Source: Cellvibrionales bacterium (lineage in GTDB: Bacteria; Pseudomonadota; Gammaproteobacteria; Pseudomonadales; UBA7239). Taken from it: a stretch of DNA of 64,000 bases. Position 1 is the first letter of the stretch, and every line of letters starts with the position of its first letter. Made by a program: the position numbers and the translations under genes. The DNA is taken from contig JADJPU010000001.1 in assembly GCA_016713115.1 (NCBI GenBank), positions 411,762 to 475,761 of the forward strand, written 5' to 3'. Below the pieces are notes generated by a model. The model was not told where the DNA came from. It worked only from the letters and a program-made list of their open reading frames with translations, and made no database searches. Below, piece by piece: positions 53,791-64,000 of this stretch.

Positions 53791-54528
53791 TCAGCTTTGA
53801 GCTGGCGCACGCTCCCACCGCAATTCGTGCGCGCCATTTTCCCACTGCAAATAGCAGTACTGCTCTTCCCAGTCGCCCAGCACAATTCTCTCAGCCTGCA
53901 CAGCATTTCCTACAGTTAGCGCATGGACTGCGGGACGGTGCGTGTGGCCGTGAATTAATACACTGCATTGATACTTTTCCAAGGCCGCATCCACTTCAGC
54001 GGGCGTAACATCCATGATGTCTTCCGCTTTGATGCTATTGGCCTCTTTGCTTTTGGCGCGCAGTTGCGCAGCGATTGCACGGCGCTCGACGAGAGATTTC
54101 GCTAAAAATTCACGCTGCCAATCAGGATTGCGCACCAAAGCGCGGAATTGTTGATACGCCACATCTTGCGTACAGAATTGATCACCGTGCGCTAACAAAA
54201 CACGCTGCTGGTTTATCTCTATCGCATACAACTCGGGCAACAACTGCATACCGCAGCACGCTGCGTACTGTTCACCCAATAAAAAATCGCGGTTGCCGTG
54301 TTGAAAAAATATGTTCACACCGCGCGCAGCAACGCGCTGCAAGGCACTGGCAACTGTTTCGGCGAGTGGGCGATCATCGTCATCGCCTATCCACGCATCA
54401 AAAAAATCACCCAAGATATACAGGCGCTCAACGCCCTGCGTTTTCTCTGCCAGAAAAGCAAAAAAGGCCGCAGTGATGTGCGGCCTTTCTTCGGACAAAT
54501 GCAGATCAGAGATGAACAGCGCGTTCAT
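53791..54528 (-). CDS. lpxH: UDP-2,3-diacylglucosamine diphosphatase
   Basis: MNALFISDLHLSEERP..LYILGDFFDAWIGDDD..HGNRDFL..HGHTHRP metallophosphoesterase motifs. ppiB-lpxH synteny. Confidence 0.93.
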   Translation of the reverse strand: MNALFISDLHLSEERPHITAAFFAFLAEKTQGVERLYILGDFFDAWIGDDDDRPLAETVASALQRVAARGVNIFFQHGNRDFLLGEQYAACCGMQLLPELYAIEINQQRVLLAHGDQFCTQDVAYQQFRALVRNPDWQREFLAKSLVERRAIAAQLRAKSKEANSIKAEDIMDVTPAEVDAALEKYQCSVLIHGHTHRPAVHALTVGNAVQAERIVLGDWEEQYCYLQWENGAHELRWERAPAQS

Positions 54529-54540
54529 CCAGCCGCCCTA

Positions 54541-55038
54541 TCACTTCACAGTAACAGAGGTAATGGTGATGGATTCGACTGGCACATCTTGGTGACCGCC
54601 TTTAGAGCCAGTTTTCACGCCTTTGATTTTATTTACCACATCCATGCCGTCGGTCACTTTGCCAAACACGCAGTAGCCCCAACCTTGCGAAGTTTCGCTT
54701 TTGAAGTTGAGGAAGTCGTTATCTTTCACATTGATAAAAAACTGCGCCGTAGCGGAATGTGGATCCATGGTGCGCGCCATCGCAATCGTGCCGGTGTCAT
54801 TTTTCAAACCGTTGTTGGCTTCGTTTTTGACCGGTGCATTGGTTTTTTTCTGGCTCATGTTTTCATCCATGCCGCCGCCTTGGATCATGAAACCGTCGAT
54901 AACGCGATGGAAAATGGTGCCTGCATAAAAGCCGCTGCTCGCGTATCCGAGAAAGCTGGCAACCGTGGCCGGCGCTTTCGCCGCGTCCAATTCGAGAGTG
55001 ATGTCGCCGTGGGTGGTGTGCAGGGTAACTACAGACAT
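54541..55038 (-). CDS. ppiB: Peptidyl-prolyl cis-trans isomerase B (cyclophilin)
   Basis: 165 aa: ..[14 protein letters not shown]...[20 protein letters not shown].. Confidence 0.94.
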   Translation of the reverse strand: MSVVTLHTTHGDITLELDAAKAPATVASFLGYASSGFYAGTIFHRVIDGFMIQGGGMDENMSQKKTNAPVKNEANNGLKNDTGTIAMARTMDPHSATAQFFINVKDNDFLNFKSETSQGWGYCVFGKVTDGMDVVNKIKGVKTGSKGGHQDVPVESITITSVTVK

Positions 55039-55137
55039 GTGATTTCCTATGTTTAAGCTATATCTAGGGGGTGGCTATAATACGCGCTCACCGCTACCCT
55101 CGCCAAACCCTCAATTCCCTATTTTTTGCCGGACATC

Positions 55138-56823
55138 ATGAGCGCACAGCCCAGCAAACCCACTGAAACCGTTAAGCCCGCCCACTTTATTCGCCAGATC
55201 ATCGCCGCCGATGTAGCGGCCGGTCTGCCTGCCCAGCGAGTGCAAACCCGCTTTCCGCCGGAGCCCAACGGCTATCTGCACATCGGTCACGCGAAATCCA
55301 TTTGCCTCAACTTCGGCATGGCCGAGGAGTTTGGCGGGCAATGCAATTTGCGTTTTGACGATACCAATCCTGAAAAAGAAAACGACGAATATATCCAATC
55401 CATACAGGAAGATGTGCGCTGGCTCGGCTTTCAATGGAATGGCGAAGTGCGCCACGCCTCTGGCTATTTCCAACAACTGCACGACTGGGCCGTGTATTTG
55501 ATTGAGCAAGGCAAAGCCTATGTCTGCCATCTCACACCAGACGAAGCGCGCGCGCATCGCGGCACGCTCACCGAGGCAGGCAAAAACAGTCCGTTTCGCG
55601 AACGCAGCGTGGCAGAAAATCTCGATTTATTTACGCGCATGAAAAACGGCGAGTTTGCCGACGGCGCTTGCGTGCTGCGCGCCAAAATTGATATGGCCAG
55701 CCCCAACATGAATTTGCGCGACCCAATCATGTACCGCATTCGTCGCGCGCATCACCACCAAACCGGCGATGCGTGGTGCATTTATCCCACTTACGATTAC
55801 ACCCACGGTCAATCCGATGCCATCGAAGGCATCACGCATTCCATTTGCACACTGGAGTTTGAAGATCACAAACCACTGTACGACTGGTATTTGGCTAACT
55901 TGCCGGTGCCAGCGCGTCCGCGTCAGTACGAATTTGCGCGTTTGAATCTGAATTACACCGTCACCAGCAAACGCAAATTAAAACAGCTGGTGGATGAAAA
56001 ACATGTGCAGGGTTGGGATGATCCGCGCATGCCGACGATTGCTGGTTTGCGCCGTCGCGGTGTGACACCGCAAGCCCTGCGCCAGTTTTGCGAGATGATC
56101 GGCGTGACACGCAGCGATGGCATTGTGGATGTCAGCATGTTGGAGTTTGCTATCCGCGATGACCTCGACAAAAACGCCGCGCGCGCGATGTGTGTCATCA
56201 ATCCACTCAAAGTGGTAATCAGCAACTTCGATGCAACGCGCGTTGAACAACTGTCTGCACCCAAGCACCCACAGCGAGAAGACCTCGGCACACGCGAGCT
56301 ACCTTTTACGCGCGAATTGTTTATTGATCGCAACGATTTCCGCGAAGTCGCCGAAAAAGATTTCAAACGCCTAGTGCTAGGGCAGGAAGTGCGTTTGCGC
56401 AATGCCTATGTGATTCGCGCCGATGAAGTTATTAAAGATGCCAGCGGTGAAATCATCGAATTGCGTTGCAGCTATGACCCAGACACCCACGGCAAAAACC
56501 CTGCGGATGGGCGCAAAGTGAAAGGCGTGATTCACTGGGTCTCTGCCACCCAGTGCGTGGATGTGGAATTGCGTTTGTACGAGCGTTTATTCACCGCAGA
56601 AAACCCAGAAGCCGACAAAGACAAAACCTTTCTCGATTTCATCAACCCGCATTCACTCGCTGTGGTGCAAGCCAAAGCCGAGCCGAGCCTGCGCGGCGTT
56701 GCGCCAGAAACACGCTTTCAATTTGAACGCGAAGGTTATTTTTGCAGTGACCGCTACGATTGCACCACTGAAAAACTCGTATTCAACCGCACCATTGGCT
56801 TAAAAGATTCTTTCGGCAAGTGA
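55138..56823 (+). CDS. glnS: Glutamine--tRNA ligase
   Basis: The track start at 55126 is TTG; ATG 55138 gives MSAQPSK. Class I HIGH motif ([14 protein letters not shown]) and VTSKR (KMSKS-like). Full-length GlnRS. Confidence 0.94.
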   Translation: MSAQPSKPTETVKPAHFIRQIIAADVAAGLPAQRVQTRFPPEPNGYLHIGHAKSICLNFGMAEEFGGQCNLRFDDTNPEKENDEYIQSIQEDVRWLGFQWNGEVRHASGYFQQLHDWAVYLIEQGKAYVCHLTPDEARAHRGTLTEAGKNSPFRERSVAENLDLFTRMKNGEFADGACVLRAKIDMASPNMNLRDPIMYRIRRAHHHQTGDAWCIYPTYDYTHGQSDAIEGITHSICTLEFEDHKPLYDWYLANLPVPARPRQYEFARLNLNYTVTSKRKLKQLVDEKHVQGWDDPRMPTIAGLRRRGVTPQALRQFCEMIGVTRSDGIVDVSMLEFAIRDDLDKNAARAMCVINPLKVVISNFDATRVEQLSAPKHPQREDLGTRELPFTRELFIDRNDFREVAEKDFKRLVLGQEVRLRNAYVIRADEVIKDASGEIIELRCSYDPDTHGKNPADGRKVKGVIHWVSATQCVDVELRLYERLFTAENPEADKDKTFLDFINPHSLAVVQAKAEPSLRGVAPETRFQFEREGYFCSDRYDCTTEKLVFNRTIGLKDSFGK

Positions 56824-56830
56824 GCAATCT

Positions 56831-58228
56831 ATGAAAATTTACAACACGCTCACGCGCCAAAAACAAGATTTTGTACCGCTAGTGCCGAACGAAATTCGCA
56901 TGTATGTGTGCGGCATGACGGTGTACGACTACTGCCACCTCGGCCATGCGCGCGTGTTGGTGGCCTTTGATGCCATCACGCGCTATTTGCGCGCGCGCGG
57001 CTGGAATGTCACTTATGTACGCAACATCACCGACATCGACGACAAAATTTTGAAACGCGCCGATGAAAATGGTGAGCCCTACACCGCACTCACCACGCGC
57101 TTTATTCAAGCCATGCACGAAGACGAAGCGCGCCTCGGCGTAGCCAGACCGGATATCGAACCCACCGCCACCGCACACATCGCGCAAATTATTGCGATGA
57201 CGCAGCAACTCATCGACAAAGGCTACGCGTATCACGCCAGCAATAACGATGTGTATTACCGCGTGGCAAAGTTTGATGGCTACGGCAAATTGTCTGGCAA
57301 AAATCCAGAAGAATTATTGGCTGGTGCACGCATTGAAGTGGATGAAGCCAAAGAAGACCCGCGCGACTTCGCGCTGTGGAAAGCCGCCAAAACTGGCGAA
57401 GTTTCTTGGCCTTCGCCTTGGGGAGACGGTCGCCCTGGCTGGCATATCGAATGCTCGGCGATGTCCACCTGCTGCCTCGGCGAATCGTTTGACATTCACG
57501 GCGGCGGCCCCGACTTGCCGTTTCCGCATCACGAAAACGAAATTGCACAATCGGAAGCAGCCACTGGCAAGCATTACGCAAACTACTGGATGCACGCCGG
57601 TGCAGTGCGCGTAAACAATGAAAAAATGTCAAAATCGCTCGGCAATTTTTTCACTATTCGTGAAATTCTCAACCAATACCACCCAGAAGTGGTGCGCTAT
57701 TTATTACTCGCCAGCCACTACAGCAGCGCCATCAACTACTCGGAAGAAAATTTGCAGACCGCGCGCGGCGCGTTAGAGCGTTTTTACACCGCACTGCGCG
57801 GTTTGAGCGATGTCCCCGTATTGCCACTCGCACAACTGAATGCCACGCATCCAACCGTTGCGCGTTTTATCGCCGAAATGGATGACGATTTCGGCACGCC
57901 AGAAGCTATAGCCGCGCTGTTTGAACTGGCGCGACAACTGAATACGGTGCGCGCCACTGGCGATGTACAGCAAACGATTGAACTCGCCACCATTTTGAAA
58001 TCGCTCGGTGCAGTGTTGGGTATTTTGCAAGCGGACGCCGATGTATTTTTGCAGGCGGGCAGCAGCGATGGCCTGAGTGCAGAAAACATAGAGCGACTGA
58101 TCGCTGAGCGCGTGCAAGCCAAAAAAGACAAACAGTTTGCGCGCGCCGATCAAATCCGCGACGAACTCAAAGCGCAGGGTATTATTTTGGAAGATGCGCG
58201 CAGCGGCACCACATGGCGGCGCGAATGA
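56831..58228 (+). CDS. cysS: Cysteine--tRNA ligase
   Basis: [32 protein letters not shown] (HIGH), KMSKSLGN. Confidence 0.95.
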   Translation: MKIYNTLTRQKQDFVPLVPNEIRMYVCGMTVYDYCHLGHARVLVAFDAITRYLRARGWNVTYVRNITDIDDKILKRADENGEPYTALTTRFIQAMHEDEARLGVARPDIEPTATAHIAQIIAMTQQLIDKGYAYHASNNDVYYRVAKFDGYGKLSGKNPEELLAGARIEVDEAKEDPRDFALWKAAKTGEVSWPSPWGDGRPGWHIECSAMSTCCLGESFDIHGGGPDLPFPHHENEIAQSEAATGKHYANYWMHAGAVRVNNEKMSKSLGNFFTIREILNQYHPEVVRYLLLASHYSSAINYSEENLQTARGALERFYTALRGLSDVPVLPLAQLNATHPTVARFIAEMDDDFGTPEAIAALFELARQLNTVRATGDVQQTIELATILKSLGAVLGILQADADVFLQAGSSDGLSAENIERLIAERVQAKKDKQFARADQIRDELKAQGIILEDARSGTTWRRE

Positions 58229-58863
58229 AACCTTTTTTTGAACATGAAGATTTTTTCGTGTTCGACAAACCCGCCGGCGTGAGTTTTCACAGCGAAAACG
58301 GCACCGGTTTTTTTGCTCAACTGCAAATCTGCCACCCAGCAGAAACACTGTTCCCCGTTCATCGTCTGGATCGCATTACCTCTGGCCTAGTGATCGCCGC
58401 CAGAAATAAAACGACCGCCACGGAACTGGGGCAGATGTTTGAATCGCGTCAGATTCAAAAAACTTATGTCGCACTCTCTGACAAAACACCGTCCAAAAAA
58501 CAAGGCACGGTAACGGGCGATATGCAGCGCACGCGCGACGGCAACTGGAAACTGCTGCGCAGTCGCGAAAACCCGGCCAGCACACGATTTTCTTCGCGTG
58601 CCATTGCGCCCAATTTGCGTTTATTTATCCTGAAGCCACAGACAGGGCGCACGCATCAATTGCGCGTGATGATGAAAGCACTGGGCAGCCCTATCATCGG
58701 CGATGCACGCTACGGTGGCGCGCCAGCGGATCGCGGTTATTTACATGCACTGCAACTCGCTTTCGATTGGCACGGCGAAAATATCAGCGTACACTGCATG
58801 CCATCCACCGGCGCGCTATTTGAAACGCTGACTGATTATCTTGCTCACGCTGATCATGCGTAG
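58225..58863 (+). CDS. RluA-family RNA pseudouridine synthase
   Basis: The ATG overlaps the cysS stop (alternative ATG at 58213). Catalytic motif [14 protein letters not shown] and [10 protein letters not shown]. Confidence 0.82.
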   Translation: MKPFFEHEDFFVFDKPAGVSFHSENGTGFFAQLQICHPAETLFPVHRLDRITSGLVIAARNKTTATELGQMFESRQIQKTYVALSDKTPSKKQGTVTGDMQRTRDGNWKLLRSRENPASTRFSSRAIAPNLRLFILKPQTGRTHQLRVMMKALGSPIIGDARYGGAPADRGYLHALQLAFDWHGENISVHCMPSTGALFETLTDYLAHADHA

Positions 58864-59623
58864 TGCATTATTTTCACTATTACTGCTCACGCTAATAACG
58901 ACTAGCGCTCCCACACACGCAGCGAAACAACAGTCTTGGTCGCTCGTGCAAACCACGCCGCGCGCGCCGAATCATTTCACACAGGGTTTGGTGTACGCCA
59001 ATCAACAATTGTTTGAAAGCACCGGACGCTACGGGCAATCCGCTGTTATTACTTACGATGCCACAACGCTCACACAACAAAAAAAACACGCACTCCCTGC
59101 TGATATTTTTGGCGAAGGATTAACATTTCTGCATGGCAAACTGTATCAAGCAAGCTGGAAAGCGCAAAAAATATTTATCTACGACACCGAGCTACAACAA
59201 CTACAAACACTGCCGATACAGGGCGAAGGCTGGGGGCTCACCACCGATGGCACTTCGTTAATTTTGAGCAACGGTTCCAACACCCTGCAATTTCTTGATC
59301 CAAAAACTGGAAAAGTACAACGCATCTTGCGCATCAAAGATCCTGAAAAAATATGGACGCAGATTAACGAGCTGGAATGGATAAATGGCTATATTTTCGC
59401 CAACATCTGGTTTAGTAACACTGTGCTGGTGATTGACGGAACAACGGGGGATGTTGCAGGTTATTACGATTTCAGCACACTCAGCGCGGCAGTGAGCAAC
59501 AAACAAACAGATGATGTGCTGAACGGTTTAGCATGGAACCCCGTCACGCAAACGCTATTGGTAACGGGAAAAAACTGGCCGCAATGGTTTGCGGTAAAGA
59601 TACAATTCCCTAAAAATTTATAG
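58856..59623 (+). CDS. Glutaminyl-peptide cyclotransferase (plant/bacterial beta-propeller type)
   Basis: ATG 58856 gives the signal peptide [22 protein letters not shown]. Family pattern ..FTQGLVY.....LFESTGRYGQS.., ..GEGL.., ..GEGWGLT.DG..L..S.GS..L, NELEW..G.I.AN.W. Confidence 0.8.
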   Translation: MRSALFSLLLLTLITTSAPTHAAKQQSWSLVQTTPRAPNHFTQGLVYANQQLFESTGRYGQSAVITYDATTLTQQKKHALPADIFGEGLTFLHGKLYQASWKAQKIFIYDTELQQLQTLPIQGEGWGLTTDGTSLILSNGSNTLQFLDPKTGKVQRILRIKDPEKIWTQINELEWINGYIFANIWFSNTVLVIDGTTGDVAGYYDFSTLSAAVSNKQTDDVLNGLAWNPVTQTLLVTGKNWPQWFAVKIQFPKNL

Positions 59624-59624
59624 C

Positions 59625-60536
59625 TCACTCTTTTCTCTTAAACGCATAAAACAAATCTGGCTCACTGACCAAATACAGTACACCTTGATCGTCCATCGCC
59701 ACACCTTCTGCTTGCGGCACTGTTTTAAGTAAACCGTGCTGCCCTGCACGCAGTGATAATTTGCTAACCGGCCAGCCAGTAATATCCAACTCCAAAATCA
59801 AGTGTGACTGATCGGAAAGCGCCAACAAGTGCTCACTGTAATCATCGTATTGCAAGCTAGACAAATCATTAACAAACAATCCAGCATTGCGCTCAGAATC
59901 ATCAGTAATTTGCACAGCCATCGGCTTGCTGACATCCACCTGTGGAAAGCCCTTGATTTCATAAATCCGCACAGGGTCGCGTTCTTTGGCTACAAACAAG
60001 CGTTTGTTGCGATGGTCATACGCCAAACCTTCAAATCCTTTATTGCCATTCAAATCCAACCCCAATGCCAACTGCTGAAAATCAGCCGCATCAACTTTTT
60101 TTACCCCATCTTTCAAACGCACTTTCACCAAACGCTGATCGCGCTCATCCGATACCACATACTGATCTTTGGCAAAATATTCGATGGCCTCTGGATCAGA
60201 AAAGCCACTGAGGTATACGCGACGCAGTAATTGCCCATCCAAAGACAACTCGACGATACTGGGATTCTTATTGGTTACCGCAAATAGCGTGCGGCGATCA
60301 GGATCAAAGGTCAGCGCCGAGACCTCATCATCCAAACCTTCAATGCGTTTTTCCTCAACCACCACATGAAAAGTATCAAGCTGAATAGCTCTCTCGTGAG
60401 GTGTGCCAGAACCGCTTTCATGCAAAAAATGTAGGCGGATTTGGTGGTGCATACCTATGCGATATGCCCACACCAATAGTGGTGCAATCAACAGCAAGAG
60501 CAAAAACGCAGCAATAGATTTTCGCAATACAGACAT
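59625..60536 (-). CDS. SdiA-regulated/YjiK-like beta-propeller domain protein, membrane-anchored
   Basis: N-terminal TM (IAAFLLLLLIAPLLVWAY). Repeats include ..EVSALTFDPDRRTLFAVTNKNPSIVELSLDGQLLR...GFSDPEAIEY.., ..FEGLAYD.., ..AEGVAMD. Confidence 0.7.
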   Translation of the reverse strand: MSVLRKSIAAFLLLLLIAPLLVWAYRIGMHHQIRLHFLHESGSGTPHERAIQLDTFHVVVEEKRIEGLDDEVSALTFDPDRRTLFAVTNKNPSIVELSLDGQLLRRVYLSGFSDPEAIEYFAKDQYVVSDERDQRLVKVRLKDGVKKVDAADFQQLALGLDLNGNKGFEGLAYDHRNKRLFVAKERDPVRIYEIKGFPQVDVSKPMAVQITDDSERNAGLFVNDLSSLQYDDYSEHLLALSDQSHLILELDITGWPVSKLSLRAGQHGLLKTVPQAEGVAMDDQGVLYLVSEPDLFYAFKRKE

Positions 60537-60658
60537 GGAGTGATCTCCTCAACAGTGCGTCATTTTCAACCATATCCTTCCTCGGCGCGAGCTGCGGGCG
60601 ACAAATACCTAGGCAACACCTACAATGACCAATCCTGTTTTGTACCTGAGTATTTGCT

Positions 60659-63595
60659 ATGTCGACCCTTCCCGCCGCATCTGCCCCTGCCGCCAGTTTT
60701 GAATGGCTACGCAGCCAAGAAATCCCTGCACTCAATATTCGCGTGGAAGAATATCGCCATAAAAAAACGGGCGCGCAGCACATCCATATTGCTGCCAACA
60801 ATGACGAAAATGTTTTTTTGGTGGCATTGCGCACAGTGCCGCATGATTCCACCGGAGTAGCGCATATTTTGGAGCACACGGCACTGTGCGGCAGCGAAAA
60901 ATATCCTGTGCGCGACCCTTTCTTTTTGATGACGCGCCGCTCGCTCAATACCTTTATGAATGCGTTCACCAGCTCAGACTGGACTGCTTACCCTTTCGCC
61001 AGCCAAAACAAAAAAGACTTTAACAATTTGATGGATGTGTATCTCGATGCGGTATTTTTTTCGCGTCTCGATCCACTCGACTTCGCGCAAGAAGGTCATC
61101 GCCTCGAATTTGAAACCATGACCGATGCCACCACACCTTTGACATACAAAGGCGTGGTGTTTAACGAAATGAAAGGTGCGATGAGCTCAGTGACATCTAC
61201 GCTCTGGCAAGCGCTGTCCAGCCATCTTTTCCCCACCACCACTTACCACTACAACAGCGGCGGTGAACCCGCTTGCATTCCCGATTTAACTTACGAGCAA
61301 CTGGTGGCGTTTTATCGCACGCACTACCATCCATCGAATGCCATTTTTATGACCTTCGGTGATATTCCTGCGCGTGAGCATCAAGAAAAATTTGAAGTGC
61401 AGGCGCTGTCGCGTTTTGATTTTCTCGATCACACCATCAGCGTACCCAACGAAAAACGCTATTTCACGCCGCTGACGGTGGAAGAAGCCTATGCTCTCGA
61501 TGAAACCGATACGCAAGGAAAAACACACATCGTGACGGGATGGCTGCTGGGCAACAGCGCCAACTTAGAAGCCAATTTGCAAGCGCAGTTGCTCACGGCT
61601 GTATTACTAGACAACGCCGCCTCGCCGCTGCAACAAGTTTTAGAAACCTCCACGCTCGGCACTTCGCCTTCGCCACTGTGCGGCTTGGAAGATTCACAAA
61701 AAGAAATGCTGTTTGCCGCTGGCTTAGAAGGTTCGGATCCAGAACACGCTAAAGCGGTAGAAACTTTGATTTTGGATACGCTGAAAAATGTTGCTGAAAA
61801 CGGCGTGCCGCAAGAACAAATCGACGCCTGTTTACATCAACTGGAATTGCAACAGCGCGAACTCAGCAGCGGCAGCTACCCTTACGGCCTGCAACTGATT
61901 TTGCAAGCATTGAACAGCGCCACGCATCGCGGCGACCCGGTTGCACTGCTGGATTTAGAACCGGCTCTCGCGGCGCTGCACACAGCTTCGCGCGACCCCA
62001 ACTTCATCAAACAGCTCGTCAAAGATTTGCTGCTCAATAATCCGCACCGCGTCACGCTGACGCTAAAACCGGACACCTCGCTGTCGCAGCAGCGCGACGC
62101 AGCAGAAGCCGCGCAACTGGCCAACATTCGCGCGCAATTATCGTCAGAACAATGCCAACAAATTATTGAGCAAAGTGTGGCACTGCAAGCGCGACAAGAA
62201 GCGGTGTTGGATGAAAGCATTTTGCCTTGCGTCACATTGGCCGATGTGCCGGCTGACACACACACGCCGCAAGCTGCGGGCGTGGAAACACAAGCCACGC
62301 CGATTACGCGCTACAACGCTGGCACCAATGGCTTGGTGTATCACCAACTGATTGTGAGCCTGCCAGCACTGAACGCTGAAGAAGCGCAATTGCTGCCGCT
62401 ATACAGCGCCTGCTTAACCGAAGTAGGACACGGTGCGCTGGATTATTTGCAAGTGCAGCAACAACAGGCTGCATTGTGCGGCGGTATCAGCGCCTATCCT
62501 TCCATGCGCAGTGCCATTGACGATGTGCAAATTACGCAAGGATTTTTGGTGTTATCCACGCGTGCACTGGTGCGCAATCAACACGCCGCCGCACAATTGC
62601 TGTTTGATACTTGGCACAGCGCCCGCTTCGACGAATACCAACGCCTGCGCGAATTGATAGCGCAAATGCGCACGCGCCGCGAACGCAGCTTGACCGGCAA
62701 CGGGCACAGCTTGGCCATGGCAGCGGCCTGCGCCGGCATGTCACCACTCGCGCAACATCAACATGTTGTGAATGGTTTGGCAGGTTTGCCGACCATGAAG
62801 CAATTAGATCGCGCATTGGATGACGCTGCAGCACTGAAAAACTTTGCACAACAATTGCAACAACTGCATCAAAAAATGTTGCAACAACCCACACAATTAT
62901 TATTAGTGTCTGAGCAAGAGCGCGATGCCGATTGCACAGCACACTTGCAGCAGTTGTGGCAAAAAAATACTGGCGCAACTCCCACAAATTTTGCGGTGCC
63001 GTTTGCCGCACAGCGTGTGCAACAACTGTGGCAGACCAGCACGCAAGTGAATTTCTGCGCGCGCGCTTGGCCTACGGTGGCCGTTGGTCATCCCGATGCC
63101 GCTGCGCTGAGCGTGCTGGGTGGCTATTTGCGCAACGGCTTCTTGCACCGCGCCATTCGCGAGCAGGGCGGTGCCTACGGCGGTGGTGCCAGCCAAGACA
63201 GCACCCTCGGCGCGTTTCGCATGTACTCCTACCGCGACCCGCGCCTGTCTGACACCCTGCACGATTTCGACAAAGCGCTTGATTGGTTAGCCACCACCAC
63301 ACCTGACGCACAAAAAGTGGAAGAGGCCATCCTCGGCGTCATCGCCTCGCTCGACAAACCCGGCTCACCGGCGGGCGAAGCCAAAGCCGCCTTCCACAAT
63401 CGTTTGTTTGGTCGCAGCGATGCCGTACGGCGCGCGTTTCGCGCACAAATCCTCGCCGTCAGTGCGCAAGATTTACAGCGCGTCGGTGCTTTGTATCTCA
63501 CACCAGAAAAAGCCAATACCGCCATTTTGAGCGGCGCAGGCAACACAGCAGAGGCCAACAAACTGGGCTTGGAGATCTGCAAGTTGGATGCCTAA
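60659..63595 (+). CDS. M16C-family zinc metalloprotease (presequence protease PreP-like insulinase)
   Basis: 978 aa with the inverted zinc motif HILEHTALCGS (HxxEH) and a downstream E, plus PreP-like four-domain length. Confidence 0.88.
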   Translation: MSTLPAASAPAASFEWLRSQEIPALNIRVEEYRHKKTGAQHIHIAANNDENVFLVALRTVPHDSTGVAHILEHTALCGSEKYPVRDPFFLMTRRSLNTFMNAFTSSDWTAYPFASQNKKDFNNLMDVYLDAVFFSRLDPLDFAQEGHRLEFETMTDATTPLTYKGVVFNEMKGAMSSVTSTLWQALSSHLFPTTTYHYNSGGEPACIPDLTYEQLVAFYRTHYHPSNAIFMTFGDIPAREHQEKFEVQALSRFDFLDHTISVPNEKRYFTPLTVEEAYALDETDTQGKTHIVTGWLLGNSANLEANLQAQLLTAVLLDNAASPLQQVLETSTLGTSPSPLCGLEDSQKEMLFAAGLEGSDPEHAKAVETLILDTLKNVAENGVPQEQIDACLHQLELQQRELSSGSYPYGLQLILQALNSATHRGDPVALLDLEPALAALHTASRDPNFIKQLVKDLLLNNPHRVTLTLKPDTSLSQQRDAAEAAQLANIRAQLSSEQCQQIIEQSVALQARQEAVLDESILPCVTLADVPADTHTPQAAGVETQATPITRYNAGTNGLVYHQLIVSLPALNAEEAQLLPLYSACLTEVGHGALDYLQVQQQQAALCGGISAYPSMRSAIDDVQITQGFLVLSTRALVRNQHAAAQLLFDTWHSARFDEYQRLRELIAQMRTRRERSLTGNGHSLAMAAACAGMSPLAQHQHVVNGLAGLPTMKQLDRALDDAAALKNFAQQLQQLHQKMLQQPTQLLLVSEQERDADCTAHLQQLWQKNTGATPTNFAVPFAAQRVQQLWQTSTQVNFCARAWPTVAVGHPDAAALSVLGGYLRNGFLHRAIREQGGAYGGGASQDSTLGAFRMYSYRDPRLSDTLHDFDKALDWLATTTPDAQKVEEAILGVIASLDKPGSPAGEAKAAFHNRLFGRSDAVRRAFRAQILAVSAQDLQRVGALYLTPEKANTAILSGAGNTAEANKLGLEICKLDA

Positions 63596-63634
63596 AGCCA
63601 TACAATAAAGCCCAAGCCGCACGGAACCTGACAC

Positions 63635-64000
63635 ATGCAGAACTCTACAGATACAGCTAAAAGCATGGTGGATTGGTTCCGGCATTCCGCGCCGTATATT
63701 CATGCGCATCGCGACAAAACCTTCGTGCTGATGTTGCCAGGTGATGCACTGCTCGACGCCCAATTCACTCACACCATTCACGATATCGCCCTGCTCAACA
63801 GCCTCGGTGTGCGTTTGGTGTTAGCCGTTGGCGCGCGCGCGCAAATTGAAACCGCACTGGCGCGCCAAAAAATCTCACCGCACTTTCATCAAGGCATACG
63901 CATCACCGATGCTGAATCACTGCCTCTGGTGATAGAAGCAGCCAGCAGCGTGCGCTCACAAGTTGAGGCTCTGCTCTCCACTGGGTTAGTCAATTCACCC
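63635..64000 (+). CDS. argA: Amino-acid N-acetyltransferase (N-acetylglutamate synthase), 5' part, runs off the right edge
   Basis: Absent from the ORF track because no stop lies in the window. ATG 63635 gives ..MVDWFRHSAPYIHAHRDKTFVLMLPGDA...IHDIALLNSLGVRLVLAVGARAQIE.., colinear with the E. coli ArgA N-terminus (..[24 protein letters not shown]..). Confidence 0.85.
   Translation, partial: MQNSTDTAKSMVDWFRHSAPYIHAHRDKTFVLMLPGDALLDAQFTHTIHDIALLNSLGVRLVLAVGARAQIETALARQKISPHFHQGIRITDAESLPLVIEAASSVRSQVEALLSTGLVNSP

Overview
The window looks like a chromosomal segment of a roughly 55% GC gammaproteobacterium. Gene order resembles Pseudomonadales/Cellvibrionales, but I cannot name the species. It is almost fully coding.

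Core blocks:
- nadD-rsfS-rlmH-mrdA-rodA-mltB-rlpA
- nadB, sdhE/ygfZ, gnd-like, rpe
- hom-thrC
- prfC, hpf, a regB/regA-type two-component system, and a DEAD-box helicase
- a complete kdpFABC-porin-kdpDE locus
- lysC-csrA-tRNA-Ser ... tRNA-Arg
- lpxH-ppiB / glnS-cysS
- a PreP-like M16 protease and the start of argA

Accessory or unusual content:
- Two large secreted proteins share a TSP3 + FG-GAP C-terminal cassette. One has an RCC1-repeat head and sits directly behind regBA. The other has a purple-acid-phosphatase-like head and is tightly coupled to an EEP-family hydrolase.
- A coenzyme F420 gene set (npdG-cofE-cofD) lies in the window, with a Ddn-like F420-type oxidoreductase 18 kb away.
- RsfS carries a ~140-aa histone-H1-like Lys/Ala tail.
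- An AT-rich single-gene Mrr-type restriction island interrupts the synteny after rlpA.
- There are two paralogous polytopic membrane proteins of unknown family.
- There are two ParE-type toxin-antitoxin pairs.
- There are REP-like palindromic elements. One REP context exposes a probable homopolymer frameshift in the helicase tail.

I found no CRISPR array, integrase, transposase or rRNA. I cannot point to one clear-cut novel multi-gene system. The FG-GAP cassette proteins with their partner genes and the F420 genes are the best candidates for follow-up.
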